Origin: Pseudomonadota bacterium
Lineage (GTDB): Bacteria > Pseudomonadota > Gammaproteobacteria > Pseudomonadales > UBA5518
Assembly (NCBI GenBank): GCA_963204845.1
Contig: CAUJIL010000162.1
Coordinates: 1 to 41,879 of the forward strand
DNA length: 41,879 bases
Reading direction: 5' to 3'
Positions 27,482 through 41,879 of the stretch are shown here, in pieces (the first letter of the stretch is position 1; each line of letters begins with the position of its first letter). A model generated the notes under the pieces. It saw nothing but the letters and a program-made list of their open reading frames with translations. It was not told the DNA's origin and ran no database searches. A program made the translations under genes and the position numbers.

Positions 27482-29602
27482 TCAGCGCCTGACTCGAGTG
27501 ACTTTCATGACCGATTTCAGGGTGCGGATGCGGCGGATGATGCGTGCCAGCGCGACGCGGTTCCCGACCCCGACCACGAGGCGCACCTGGCTGATGCGCG
27601 CGTCACGCTCCTCCATGCCGATCTTCTCGATGTTCACGTCCATCGCGCTGACGCGGTTCGCCAGCGCGGCGATCACGCCCTTCTGGTTCTCGAGCTCGAC
27701 CAGCAGCTCGACACTGAACTCGCCACTGGCGTCCTCGGCCCAGCGCAGCTGCGTGCAGCGCTCGGGATCGGCGATGAACTCGGCGATGTTGTTGCAGTTA
27801 TCGCGGTGCACCACCACGCCGCGCCCGGCGCTGATGTGTCCCACGATCGCGTCGCCGGGGATCGGGTAGCAGCATTTCGCGAAGCTGAGCACCATGCCTT
27901 CGGTGCCGCGGATCGCCAGCGGCGACAGATCGCTGCCGGGTGCGCCGGCCGGGGCTTCGCTGATGCCGAGCAGCCGGCGCGCGGTCAGCAGCGCGACGCG
28001 GTTGCCGAGGCCGATTTCCTCGAGGATGCCGTCGAACGAGGCGCGCCGCGTCTCCAGCAGCAGCTGTTCGACCGCGCGCGCCTCGAGCACCCCGCGGATG
28101 CTGCTGCCGAGGCTGGCGAGCGCCTTCTCGAGCAGCCGCCGTCCCAGCTCGATCGATTCCGAGCGCTGCTGGCTCTTCAGGTAATGCCGGATGTTCGTGC
28201 GTGCCTTGGCGGTGACCACGAAGCCTAGCCAGGTGGGGTTCGGGTTCGCGCGCGGCGCGGTGACGATCTCCACCGTCTGGCCGCTCTGCAGCCGCGTGCT
28301 GAGCGGCGCGAGGTTGCGGTCGATGCGGCACGCTACGCAGCTGTTGCCGATGTCGGTGTGCACGGCGTAGGCGAAGTCCACCGCGGTCGCCCCGTTGGGC
28401 AGCGCGAAGATCGCGCCGCGCGGCGTGAACACGTAGACCTCGTCCGGGAACAGGTCGATCTTCATGCTCTCGATGAACTCGAGCGAGTTGCCCGCCCGTT
28501 GTTGCATCTCGAGCAGCCCCTGCACCCACTGGCGCGCGCGCGAGTGTCCGCTGCCGGGGCGATCCGAGCCGCTGCTCTTGTACAGCCAGTGCGCCGCGAT
28601 GCCGTTGTTGGCCATCTCCTCCATTTCCGTGGTGCGGATCTGGATCTCGATCGGCACGCCGTGCATGCCGAACAGCACCGTGTGCAGCGACTGGTAGCCG
28701 TTGGTCTTCGGGATCGCGATGTAGTCCTTGAAGTGGCCGGGCACCGGCTTGTAGAGGTTGTGCATCGCGCCGAGCACGCGGTAGCAGTTGTCGACGTTCT
28801 CGACCACGATGCGAAACGCGAACACGTCCATGATCTCGGAGAAGGACTTGCCCTTGGCGCGCATCTTGCGGTAGATGCTGTAGAGGTGCTTCTCGCGCCC
28901 GATCACGCGCGCCGCGATCCCTTCCTCGCGCAACCGCGCCTCGATCTTGCGCTGGATCTGGCTCACCAGTTCCTTGCGGTTGCCGCGTGCCTTGCGCACC
29001 GCGGCGCGGATCCGGCGCGCGCGCATCGGATGCAGCGCCGCGAAGCCGAGGTCCTCGAACTCGACGCGCAGGTTGTTCATCCCGAGGCGCAGCGCGATCG
29101 GGGCGTAGATCTCGAGCGTCTCGTGCGCGATGCGGCGGCGCTTCTCGGGCTTCAGCACGTCGAGCGTGCGCATGTTGTGCAGGCGGTCGGCGAGCTTGAC
29201 CAGGATCACGCGGATGTCGCGCGCCATCGCCATCGCCATCTTCTGGAAGTTCTCGGCCTGGGCTTCGGCGCGCGAGGTGGTCTCGAACTGCGAGAGCTTG
29301 CTGACGCCGTCGACCAGTTCCGCGACGGCGGGGCCGAATTGCGCGGCCAGGGCTTCCTTCGGGATCCCGGTGTCCTCGATCACGTCGTGCAGCAGCGCCG
29401 CGATCAGGCTCTGCTGGTCCATGCGCATGTCGGCGAGGATATGCGCCACCGCCAGCGGGTGCGTCACGTACGGCTGCCCGGTGCGCCGCACCTGGCCGTC
29501 GTGTGCCTGTTCGGAGAAGTAGTACGCGCGCCGTACCGCGTCGACCTGCTCGTGGGCGAGGTAGCCGCGGAGCTTGTCGGTCAGCGTGCCGAGTTGCTGC
29601 AT
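27482..29602 (-). CDS. spoT: Bifunctional (p)ppGpp synthetase/hydrolase SpoT
   Basis: 706 aa. It has the HD hydrolase motif (HPLAVA...ALLHDVIEDT), the RelA/SpoT synthetase domain, and TGS and ACT C-terminal domains. It lies downstream of rpoZ. Confidence 0.95.
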   Translation of the reverse strand: MQQLGTLTDKLRGYLAHEQVDAVRRAYYFSEQAHDGQVRRTGQPYVTHPLAVAHILADMRMDQQSLIAALLHDVIEDTGIPKEALAAQFGPAVAELVDGVSKLSQFETTSRAEAQAENFQKMAMAMARDIRVILVKLADRLHNMRTLDVLKPEKRRRIAHETLEIYAPIALRLGMNNLRVEFEDLGFAALHPMRARRIRAAVRKARGNRKELVSQIQRKIEARLREEGIAARVIGREKHLYSIYRKMRAKGKSFSEIMDVFAFRIVVENVDNCYRVLGAMHNLYKPVPGHFKDYIAIPKTNGYQSLHTVLFGMHGVPIEIQIRTTEMEEMANNGIAAHWLYKSSGSDRPGSGHSRARQWVQGLLEMQQRAGNSLEFIESMKIDLFPDEVYVFTPRGAIFALPNGATAVDFAYAVHTDIGNSCVACRIDRNLAPLSTRLQSGQTVEIVTAPRANPNPTWLGFVVTAKARTNIRHYLKSQQRSESIELGRRLLEKALASLGSSIRGVLEARAVEQLLLETRRASFDGILEEIGLGNRVALLTARRLLGISEAPAGAPGSDLSPLAIRGTEGMVLSFAKCCYPIPGDAIVGHISAGRGVVVHRDNCNNIAEFIADPERCTQLRWAEDASGEFSVELLVELENQKGVIAALANRVSAMDVNIEKIGMEERDARISQVRLVVGVGNRVALARIIRRIRTLKSVMKVTRVRR

Positions 29603-29627
29603 GCGCGTGACCCGCGCGCCCCGTCCA

Positions 29628-29885
29628 TCACAGGCCGGCGGCTTCTACCTGCGCCTCGAGCAGTTCCTCGAAGCTGGGTTCGCTGCGCTCCTCGAAGATC
29701 TCGGGACCGATCAGGCCTTCCTCGATCTCGCGCAGCGCGATCACCGTCGGCTTGTCGGACTCCTCGTGCACCAGCGGATCCTTGCCACCGGTGGCGAGCT
29801 GGCGCGCGCGCCTGGCGGCGAGCATCACCAGTTCGAAGCGGTTGTCGACCTTGTCGAGGCATTCCTCTACCGTAATACGTGCCAT
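29628..29885 (-). CDS. rpoZ: DNA-directed RNA polymerase subunit omega
   Basis: [30 protein letters not shown] is the canonical RpoZ N-terminus. Confidence 0.95.
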   Translation of the reverse strand: MARITVEECLDKVDNRFELVMLAARRARQLATGGKDPLVHEESDKPTVIALREIEEGLIGPEIFEERSEPSFEELLEAQVEAAGL

Positions 29886-29957
29886 GGTTCTTACCTGTAG
29901 CGTGGTTTCAGCACCGCCCGCCAGCGGCGCGGGGGGCGCGCATTCTAGCAGAGTTCC

Positions 29958-32391
<2,434 letters not shown>

Positions 32392-32397
<6 letters not shown>

Positions 32398-33174
32398 ACG
32401 CTCGGGTTCGATATCGTAGTCCATGATCAGCGGCGCGTGGCTGGAGAACTCCTGCCCCTTGTAGATCGCGCCGTACTCGATCGCCGGGCGCAGCCCCGGC
32501 GACGCCACCTGCAGGTCCACGCGCCAGCCGTCGCCGGCATCACGCCCTTGCGGCCACCACGAGAACTCGTCGTCGTCCTGGTTCACGAGGCGGAATGCGT
32601 CGGTATAGCCGAGTTCGCCGTAGAGCGAGTCCAGCCATTTGCGCTCGGCGTCGAGGAATCCCGGGGTGCCGGCGTGCCGCCCGGCCTGCTGCACGTCGCG
32701 CGTGGCGTGCGCCATGTTCCAGTTGCCGCACAGGATGTACTGGCGGCGCTTCTTGCGCACCTTGTCGAGCTGGATGCGCAGTTGTTCGAAGAAGCGCGAC
32801 TTGCGCGCCAGCGAACCGGGATCGTCCATGCTGGCGACGGGGGCGAGCAGGCTGGCGACGCTGATGTTCTCGAAGTCCGCCTGCATGTAACGACCCTCGC
32901 CATCGGCGTCGCCGAGCCCGAGTCCGGTCATGATCGCCTTCGGCATCTTGCGGCAGTAGATCGCGACACCGTTCGTCGAGGCGTCGATCGCGTCGAAGAA
33001 GTACGCGAAATAGCCGTCCGGGTTGAAGCGCGCACCACCCAGCGCCGACTCTGCGGCGCGCAGATCCTGGATGCAGATGATGTCGGCATCCTGGTCGAGG
33101 ACCCAGTCGTAGAAGCCCCGCGAGGCTGCCTCGCGGATGCCGTCCGCGCAGAAACTGACGACGCGCATGGTCAT
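32392..33174 (-). CDS. crc: Crc-like protein (ExoIII/AP-endonuclease fold with substituted catalytic residues)
   Basis: The fold is ExoIII-like. Blocks resemble Pseudomonas Crc as I recall it: CIQDLRA, GRYMQADFENISVASLLAP, KKRRQYILCGNWNMAH, PGFLDAERKWLDSLYGELGYTDAFR, EFSWWP, GWRVDLQVASPGLR, SSHAPLIMDYD. The rph-crc-pyrE synteny also matches. The start may be the second ATG at 33168. Confidence 0.75.
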
Positions 33175-33295
33175 TCCCGTTCATCAAAGCGGCTCATGAT
33201 ACATGAGGCGTCCGGTGGCGGGCGAGCGCGCGTCGCCGGCGCGCTGTTATACTCGGCTCCCTGCATACGGGGGAGCTTCCGCGCAAGAAAGCCCA

Positions 33296-33946
33296 ATGAG
33301 TGACCATCGCAGCGATTTCATCGCGCTCGCGCTGCGCCATCGCGCGCTGCGTTTCGGTGACTTCACGTTGAAGTCCGGGCGTCGCAGCCCCTATTTCTTC
33401 AACGCCGGCGAACTCTCCAGCGGCGCCGCGCTGGCCGTGCTGGGCCGCTGCTACGCGGCCGCGATCGCAGCCTCGGGTGTCGAGTTCGACATGTTGTTCG
33501 GCCCCGCCTACAAGGGAATCCCGCTCGCGGTGGCCACCGCGGTGGCGATCGCCGGCGACAGCGGGCGCGACGTGCCCTGCGCATTCGACCGCAAGGAGGC
33601 CAAGACCCATGGCGAGGGCGGTGCGCTGATCGGTGCGCCGCTCGCCGGCCGCGTGCTGATCGTCGATGACGTGATCACCGCGGGCACGGCCGTGCGCTCC
33701 GTCGCGCGGCTGATCGGCGCCGCCGGTGCGCGCATCGCCGGGGTGGCGCTTGGGCTCGACCGCGCGGAGCGCGGCGCCGGCACGCAGTCGGCGGTGTCGG
33801 AGCTCGCGCACGAACTCGGCGTGCCGGTGTTCGCGATCGCGCGGCTAGACGACATCGTCGCCTACCTCGAGGATGCACCGGAGCTGCGCGAGCACCTGCC
33901 CGCAATGCTCGCCTATCGCCGCGAATGGGGCGCCCCGGCCGCCTGA
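33296..33946 (+). CDS. pyrE: Orotate phosphoribosyltransferase
   Basis: Part of track ORF 33203..33946. Motifs: FGDFTLKSGRRSPYFFN, GPAYKGIPLA, and VLIVDDVITAGTA (PRPP-binding site). Confidence 0.95.
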   Translation: MSDHRSDFIALALRHRALRFGDFTLKSGRRSPYFFNAGELSSGAALAVLGRCYAAAIAASGVEFDMLFGPAYKGIPLAVATAVAIAGDSGRDVPCAFDRKEAKTHGEGGALIGAPLAGRVLIVDDVITAGTAVRSVARLIGAAGARIAGVALGLDRAERGAGTQSAVSELAHELGVPVFAIARLDDIVAYLEDAPELREHLPAMLAYRREWGAPAA

Positions 33947-34024
33947 GCGTGCGGATTCCGCACGCGCACGCGGTGATTCCCGGCTAGACTTCCGTCCAGG
34001 CATTCGCTCGCGCGCGAGGTACGC

Positions 34025-34678
34025 ATGAAATCCGCCCTGCTCCACCGTGCATCCCGTCGCCTGCGCTCGGCCCTGCCGGTGCTGCTGCTGCTGTCCGCAC
34101 CCGGTATCGGCGGCGTCCAGGCCGAGGAACTCTTCTACAAGTACGACAACGCCGAGGGCGTCACCGTCATCGACGATCACGTCCCGCCGCAGTTCGCGCA
34201 CAAGGGCTACCTGGTCCTCAATCGCGCCGGGCGGGTCGTCGAGGTGGTGCCGCGCGCGCTGACCGAGTCCGAGCGGCGGGCGAACGGACCCGCGGTGCAG
34301 GCGCGCCTGCGCACGGAGGAAGCCGAGCGCCAGAAACGCTACGACGAGGCGCTGCTCGCGCGCTACAGCTCGGTGGCCGACATCGAGGATCTGCAGCGGC
34401 GCCGCGCCAACGAGATCCAGGTGCGGATCAACCTGCAGAAAGGCACGATCGCGGGGCTCAAGGAGCAGCTCGAGACGGAACAGGCGGACGCGGCCGAAGT
34501 CGAGATGTCCGGGGAGGACGCTCCGGCGACGATCGGCGCGCGCATCGAGGAACTGCGGGCGGCGATCGCCGACGAGGAAGCCCGCGTGGTGCGCCTGGAG
34601 CACGACAAGAGCACCGTCGAGGCGCGCTACCAGTTCGAGATCGAGCGCTTCCGCACGTTGCGCCCCGGCGCCCGCTGA
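34025..34678 (+). CDS. DUF4124-like secreted coiled-coil protein
   Basis: Signal peptide, then ELFYKYDNAEGVTVIDDHVPPQF, which fits the DUF4124 pattern. The remainder is a charged coiled coil. Confidence 0.6.
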   Translation: MKSALLHRASRRLRSALPVLLLLSAPGIGGVQAEELFYKYDNAEGVTVIDDHVPPQFAHKGYLVLNRAGRVVEVVPRALTESERRANGPAVQARLRTEEAERQKRYDEALLARYSSVADIEDLQRRRANEIQVRINLQKGTIAGLKEQLETEQADAAEVEMSGEDAPATIGARIEELRAAIADEEARVVRLEHDKSTVEARYQFEIERFRTLRPGAR

Positions 34679-34697
34679 ACGGCGCGCGTGCCCGGGC

Positions 34698-35282
34698 TCA
34701 GCGGAAGAACGCCCCGGTCAGCACCCGCCACTGCTCGCTCCAGTACTCGGTCGGTGAACGGCGGAATTCCGAGCGCACGTACTGCGTGATGCGTCCTTCG
34801 GCGGTGGCGAGCAGCAGGTTCGCCGCCAGCGCCACCGGCAGCACCGGGCGCAGCCCGTCGCGCAGTTCGGCTTCGCGCAACACCTGTTTCAGCTCGGTCT
34901 CGAGGCGATCGAACAACTGCTGCACGCGGGCGCGCAGGCGATCGGTCTCGCCCGTCAGCGCATCGCCCGTGAGCAGGCGCGTGATGCCGGGGTTGCGTTC
35001 GCAGAAGGCCAGCAGCAGCGTCAGGATCTGTTCGCATTGCGCCGCGCCGTCGGGTTCGTCCTGGCGGATGCGGCCGATGCGGCTGAACAGTGTGGTCTCG
35101 ATGAACTCGATGAGTCCCTCGAACATCTTCGCCTTGCTGGGGAAATGCCGGTAGAGCGCCGCTTCCGAGACGCCGACCTCGGCGGCCAGCGCAGCCGTGG
35201 TGATGCGCCCGCCGGGCGTGGCTTCGAGCATGTGCGCGAGCGACTGCAGGATCGCGTCGCGGCGCGAGGTCTTGCCATTCAT
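34698..35282 (-). CDS. slmA: Nucleoid occlusion factor SlmA (TetR family)
   Basis: [14 protein letters not shown]...[36 protein letters not shown]...[15 protein letters not shown] closely parallels E. coli SlmA. Confidence 0.85.
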   Translation of the reverse strand: MNGKTSRRDAILQSLAHMLEATPGGRITTAALAAEVGVSEAALYRHFPSKAKMFEGLIEFIETTLFSRIGRIRQDEPDGAAQCEQILTLLLAFCERNPGITRLLTGDALTGETDRLRARVQQLFDRLETELKQVLREAELRDGLRPVLPVALAANLLLATAEGRITQYVRSEFRRSPTEYWSEQWRVLTGAFFR

Positions 35283-35328
35283 CTTGGCGCGATCTTCCCT
35301 GTTCCTGACGGCGCCGTACTCTAGCGAC

Positions 35329-38727
<3,399 letters not shown>

Positions 38728-38731
<4 letters not shown>

Positions 38732-39945
38732 ACGGGTTCCGGGGTGCGGCGCGCGCGGTAGCGGGCGGCGATCGCCGCGATCAGATCGTGGGCCAGGCGC
38801 AGCTTGGGCCCGCGCGGCAGCGCCACCGTGCCGTCGGCGGCGACCAGCGTGACCTCGTTGTGTTCGCTGTCGAAGCCGATGTCGGTGCGCGAGACGTCGT
38901 TGGCGACGATCAGGTCCAGCCGTTTCGCTTCGAGCTTGCCGCGCGCGTAAGCCAGTACGTCGTGCGTCTCGGCCGCGAAACCGACCGTGAACGGGTGCGG
39001 CTCGCGCGCGGTCACCGCGGCGAGGATGTCCGGGTTGCGCACCAGTTCGAGCTGCAGCCGCTCGGCGTTCTTCTTGATCTTCTGCGTGGCCGGGGCGGCC
39101 GGCCGGTAGTCGGCGACCGCCGCGCAGGCGATGAATATGTCGCTCGTGTCCACGCGCGCCAGCACCGCATCGTGCATCTGCTGTGCGCTCGCGACGTCGA
39201 CCCGTGTCACGCCGGGTGGCGTCGGCAGGCCGACCGGTCCGGCGACCAGCGTCACCTCGGCGCCGGCCGCCGCGGCCGCGGCGGCGAGTGCGAACCCCTG
39301 GCGGCCCGAGCTGTGGTTGCTGATGTAGCGCACCGGATCGATCGCCTCGCGGGTGGGGCCGGCGTCGACCAGCACGCGCACGCCGGCGAGCTTCGCGCCA
39401 CCGAAGTGCTGCTGCACCGCCGCCAGCAGTTCCGCGGGCTCGAGCATGCGCCCCGGCCCGACGTCGCCGCAGGCCTGGGCGCCACTCGCGGGACCCAGCA
39501 ATGCGACACCGCGCTGCTCGAGCACGGCGCAGTTGTGTTGCGTGGCCGCGGCGCCCCACATCGCCTGGTTCATCGCCGGCGCGACGTGCACCGGCGCCGT
39601 CGTGGCGAGGCACAGCGTGCTCAGCAGGTCGTTGGCGAGCCCGTGCGCGAGACGCGCGATGAAGTCCGCGCTGGCCGGTGCGATCAGCACCAGTTCGGCC
39701 CAGCGTGCGAGTTCGATATGGCCCATCGCGGCCTCGGCGCCTTCGTCGAGCAGTTCGCGGTGAACCGGGTGGCCCGACAGCGCCTGCAGCGTGAGCGGGG
39801 TGATGAACGCGCAGGCGCCGGGCGTCATCACGACCCGCACTTCGGCGCCGTCGTCGCGCAGCCGGCGCACCAGTTCGGCGGACTTGTAGGCCGCGATGCC
39901 GCCGGTCAGGCCGAGCAGGATCCGTCTGTTCTCGAGTCGTGGCAT
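38728..39945 (-). CDS. coaBC: Bifunctional phosphopantothenoylcysteine decarboxylase / phosphopantothenate-cysteine ligase
   Basis: 405 aa. The N-terminus [21 protein letters not shown] is the flavoprotein domain. The C-terminal CoaB domain includes ...[12 protein letters not shown]... Confidence 0.95.
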
Positions 39946-40058
39946 CTGTCGGGGCGCCCTGGAAGGGAGACGATTCGTACGCGCCGGGCGGTTCCGCCTC
40001 GCGACGGCATTCTAGTATAGTCGGGCGCCCCGATTCGCCGCGGACATGGAGGTTCGCG

Positions 40059-40733
40059 ATGAGCATCCGGAACTGGCCCCTCGGCGAACGGCCGCGCGAA
40101 CGCCTGCTCGGAACCGGCGCCCACACCCTCTCCGACGCCGAACTGCTGGCAATCCTGCTGCGCACCGGGTTGCCGGGCGGCAGCGCGGTTGATCGCGCGC
40201 GCGAATTGCTGGCCGCCTTCGGGGGACTGCGCCATCTGCTCGATGCCGAGCGCACGGTGTTCTGTGCCGCACACGGCCTGGGCGAGGCGACCTACGTGCA
40301 GCTGCAGGCGGCGCTCGAGCTCGCGCGCCGTTACCTGCTCTGCCGGATCAGCCGTGGCCAGGCGCTCGCGTCGCCGGACGAGGTCAGGCAGTTCCTGCAA
40401 CTGAAGTTGCGCGGCCTGGCGCACGAGGTGTTCGCGTGCCTGTTCCTCGACAACCAGCACACCGTGATCGCCTACGAGGAGCTGTTCCGGGGCACCATCG
40501 ACGGCGCCAGCGTGTACCCGCGCGAGATCGTCAAGCGGGCGTTGGCGCTGAACGCGGCGGCGGTGATCTTCGCGCACAACCACCCGTCCGGGATCGCCGA
40601 GCCGTCGCAGGCGGACCAGCGTCTGACGCAGCGTCTGCGCAGCGCGCTCGGCGTGGTCGACATCCGTGTGCTGGATCATTTCGTGGTCGGGGAGGCCGAG
40701 GCGCTGTCCTTCGCCGAGCGCGGCCTGTTGTGA
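40059..40733 (+). CDS. radC: RadC-family JAMM-domain protein
   Basis: Part of track ORF 39939..40733. GGAGG sits 7 nt before ATG 40059. Motifs: [14 protein letters not shown] and HNHPSG (JAMM). Confidence 0.9.
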   Translation: MSIRNWPLGERPRERLLGTGAHTLSDAELLAILLRTGLPGGSAVDRARELLAAFGGLRHLLDAERTVFCAAHGLGEATYVQLQAALELARRYLLCRISRGQALASPDEVRQFLQLKLRGLAHEVFACLFLDNQHTVIAYEELFRGTIDGASVYPREIVKRALALNAAAVIFAHNHPSGIAEPSQADQRLTQRLRSALGVVDIRVLDHFVVGEAEALSFAERGLL

Positions 40734-40765
40734 GCAGTGAAAAATACCCGTTCGTTGCGCCTGCC

Positions 40766-40794
40766 TTGTCTGTCCGGAGGCCTTCTGATATAAA
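40766..40794 (+). promoter_or_regulatory. Candidate sigma70 promoter for rpmB-rpmG (TTGTCT, 17-bp spacer, TATAAA)
   Basis: TTGTCT at 40766-40771, a 17-bp spacer, then TATAAA at 40789-40794. It lies about 70 nt upstream of rpmB in the most AT-rich stretch of the window. Confidence 0.3.
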
Positions 40795-40864
40795 AGCGCG
40801 CTCTTTCGGGCGGGTGTCCGGCGACGGCGCGCGCGAAGAGGCCAATTCCTCACGAGGCTCCAGC

Positions 40865-41101
40865 ATGTCCAAGGTGTGTCAGGTAACCGGCAAGCGTCCT
40901 GCGGTCGGACACAATGTATCCCATGCGAACAACAAGACGAAGCGTCGCTTCGAGCCGAACCTGCACAAGCACCGGTTCTGGGTCGAGTCGGAAAAGCGCT
41001 TCTTGACGCTGCGCGTGTCGGCCAAGGGCATGCGGATCATCGACAAGAAGGGCATCGACAGCGTGCTCGCCGACCTGCGCGGTCGCGGCGAGCGCATCTG
41101 A
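40865..41101 (+). CDS. rpmB: 50S ribosomal protein L28
   Basis: [33 protein letters not shown]..., 78 aa, canonical L28. Confidence 0.95.
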   Translation: MSKVCQVTGKRPAVGHNVSHANNKTKRRFEPNLHKHRFWVESEKRFLTLRVSAKGMRIIDKKGIDSVLADLRGRGERI

Positions 41102-41126
41102 AGCAACACCCGGAGCAACAGCAGCC

Positions 41127-41282
41127 ATGCGTGACAAGATCAAGCTCGTATCCAGCGCCGGTACCGGTCATTTCTACACGACCGACAAGAACAAGCGCAC
41201 CACGCCCGACAAGCTCGAATTCAAGAAGTATGATCCGGTCGTGCGCAAGCACGTGGCGTACAAGGAATCGAAGATCAAGTGA
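41127..41282 (+). CDS. rpmG: 50S ribosomal protein L33
   Basis: Too short for the ORF track. ATG 41127 to TGA 41280-41282 gives [51 protein letters not shown], 51 aa. GGAG lies upstream. Confidence 0.95.
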   Translation: MRDKIKLVSSAGTGHFYTTDKNKRTTPDKLEFKKYDPVVRKHVAYKESKIK

Positions 41283-41302
41283 GCGCGAGGCGTTCGACGA
41301 AG

Positions 41303-41327
41303 AACCCGGCCGCGGCCGGGTTTTTTG
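41303..41327 (+). terminator. Rho-independent terminator after rpmG
   Basis: AACCCGGCCGCGGCCGGGTT is a perfect GC-rich palindrome. It is followed directly by TTTTGT. Confidence 0.85.
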
Positions 41328-41377
41328 TCTCTGCGGTGCGCGCGCCGGGCGGACCGCGTCGGGGCTGAGCGCCAGCC

Positions 41378-41879
41378 GTGCCCGAACTTCCCGAGGTCGA
41401 GACCACCCGGCGCGGGATCCTGCCGCGGCTGCGGGGCCGGCGCGTCACCGCGGTGCACGTGCGTGACGGGCGCCTGCGCTGGCCGGTGACACCCGGTCTG
41501 GCGAACCTGCTCGACGGCCAGGTGCTGGCCGGGATCGGCCGCCGCGGCAAGTACCTTCTGTTTCATTTTCCGGCCGGCACACTGCTCGTCCACCTCGGGA
41601 TGACCGGCAGCCTGCGCGTGGTGACTGCCCCGGCAGAGTCGCCACGCAGGCACGATCACCTCGATCTGCAGTGGGACGACGGCAGCCTGCTGCGCTATCA
41701 CGACCCGCGCCGCTTCGGCGCCGTGCTGTGGATCGGCGATACCGCCGCCAGCCACCCGCTCCTCGCCGGGCTGGGGCCGGAGCCGCTGGGTCCGGACTTC
41801 GACGGCGCGTATCTGTACCGGCGTTCGCGCGGGCGGCGTGCCAGCGTGAAGCAACTGCTGATGGACGGTGCGGTGGTGG
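41378..41879 (+). CDS. mutM: Formamidopyrimidine-DNA glycosylase, 3'-truncated by the window edge
   Basis: The GTG start at 41378 is not in the ATG-based ORF track. The translation (M)PELPEVETTRRGI...GRLRWPV...RRGKYLL...HLGMTGSL...HDHLDL...LRYHDPRRFG is collinear with E. coli Fpg. It has the N-terminal Pro2 and Glu3 that Fpg requires. Confidence 0.9.
   Translation, partial: MPELPEVETTRRGILPRLRGRRVTAVHVRDGRLRWPVTPGLANLLDGQVLAGIGRRGKYLLFHFPAGTLLVHLGMTGSLRVVTAPAESPRRHDHLDLQWDDGSLLRYHDPRRFGAVLWIGDTAASHPLLAGLGPEPLGPDFDGAYLYRRSRGRRASVKQLLMDGAVV

Noticed and set aside
40737-40793. A short GTG-initiated 18-codon ORF in the rpmB leader as a possible leader peptide, and a possible regulatory RNA in 40734-40864.
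   Set aside because: It has no SD sequence and no recognisable attenuator or terminator structure. The region is better explained as the rpmBG promoter and 5' UTR.

Overview
This is a 41.9-kb, very GC-rich (roughly 70% by eye) chromosomal segment. It reads as core gammaproteobacterial housekeeping DNA rather than an accessory island.

I can support about 43 protein-coding genes. I saw no rRNA, tRNA, CRISPR array, transposase, integrase or phage genes.

Gene order, left to right:
- Left edge: a partial hypothetical gene, then an ATP-grasp-like ligase.
- Next: a CAP-domain lipoprotein, a PQQ-dependent dehydrogenase, an MBL-fold hydrolase, a VOC protein and NnrU.
- After a REP-like repeat cluster: a membrane-anchored esterase and an ECF sigma / DUF3619 / DUF3106 operon.
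- A DUF385 protein and a KstD-like flavoprotein.
- An enoyl-CoA hydratase, uup and a DUF4399 protein on the minus strand, then uvrD on the plus strand.
- A minus-strand operon: ubiC, ubiA, a degenerate M48/TPR lipoprotein and a thioesterase.
- A rubredoxin fused to rubredoxin reductase, followed by a secreted hypothetical protein.
- A SadB-like YbaK/HDOD protein, recG and an SDR.
- The block ridA-spoT-rpoZ-gmk-yicC, then rph and a second REP-like repeat.
- A Crc-like inactive ExoIII homologue, pyrE, a DUF4124 protein, slmA and argB.
- A long-form algC, coaBC, radC, rpmB-rpmG and the 5' part of mutM.

From memory, this order parallels the Pseudomonas aeruginosa PA5315-PA5358 neighbourhood.

Because of the GC content, nearly every gene carries long spurious ORFs on the opposite strand or in other frames. 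Several track ORFs are only real in their 3' portion.

I did not find a convincing novel multi-gene system such as a defence island. The observations most worth follow-up are:
1. The rubredoxin/rubredoxin-reductase fusion. Its joint is a (CG)7 tract, and one repeat unit fewer would restore a canonical TGAcATG two-gene junction.
2. The nuclease-dead Crc-like protein.
3. A sensor-like TM / periplasmic / TM N-terminal extension on the phosphomannomutase.
4. An M48 fold without its HExxH motif, translationally coupled to ubiA.
5. A possibly frameshifted small ORF upstream of the ATP-grasp-like ligase at the left edge.
6. A REP-like repeat family whose arms supply the stop codons of flanking convergent genes.

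All family assignments rest on motif reading and recall. No database search was run.
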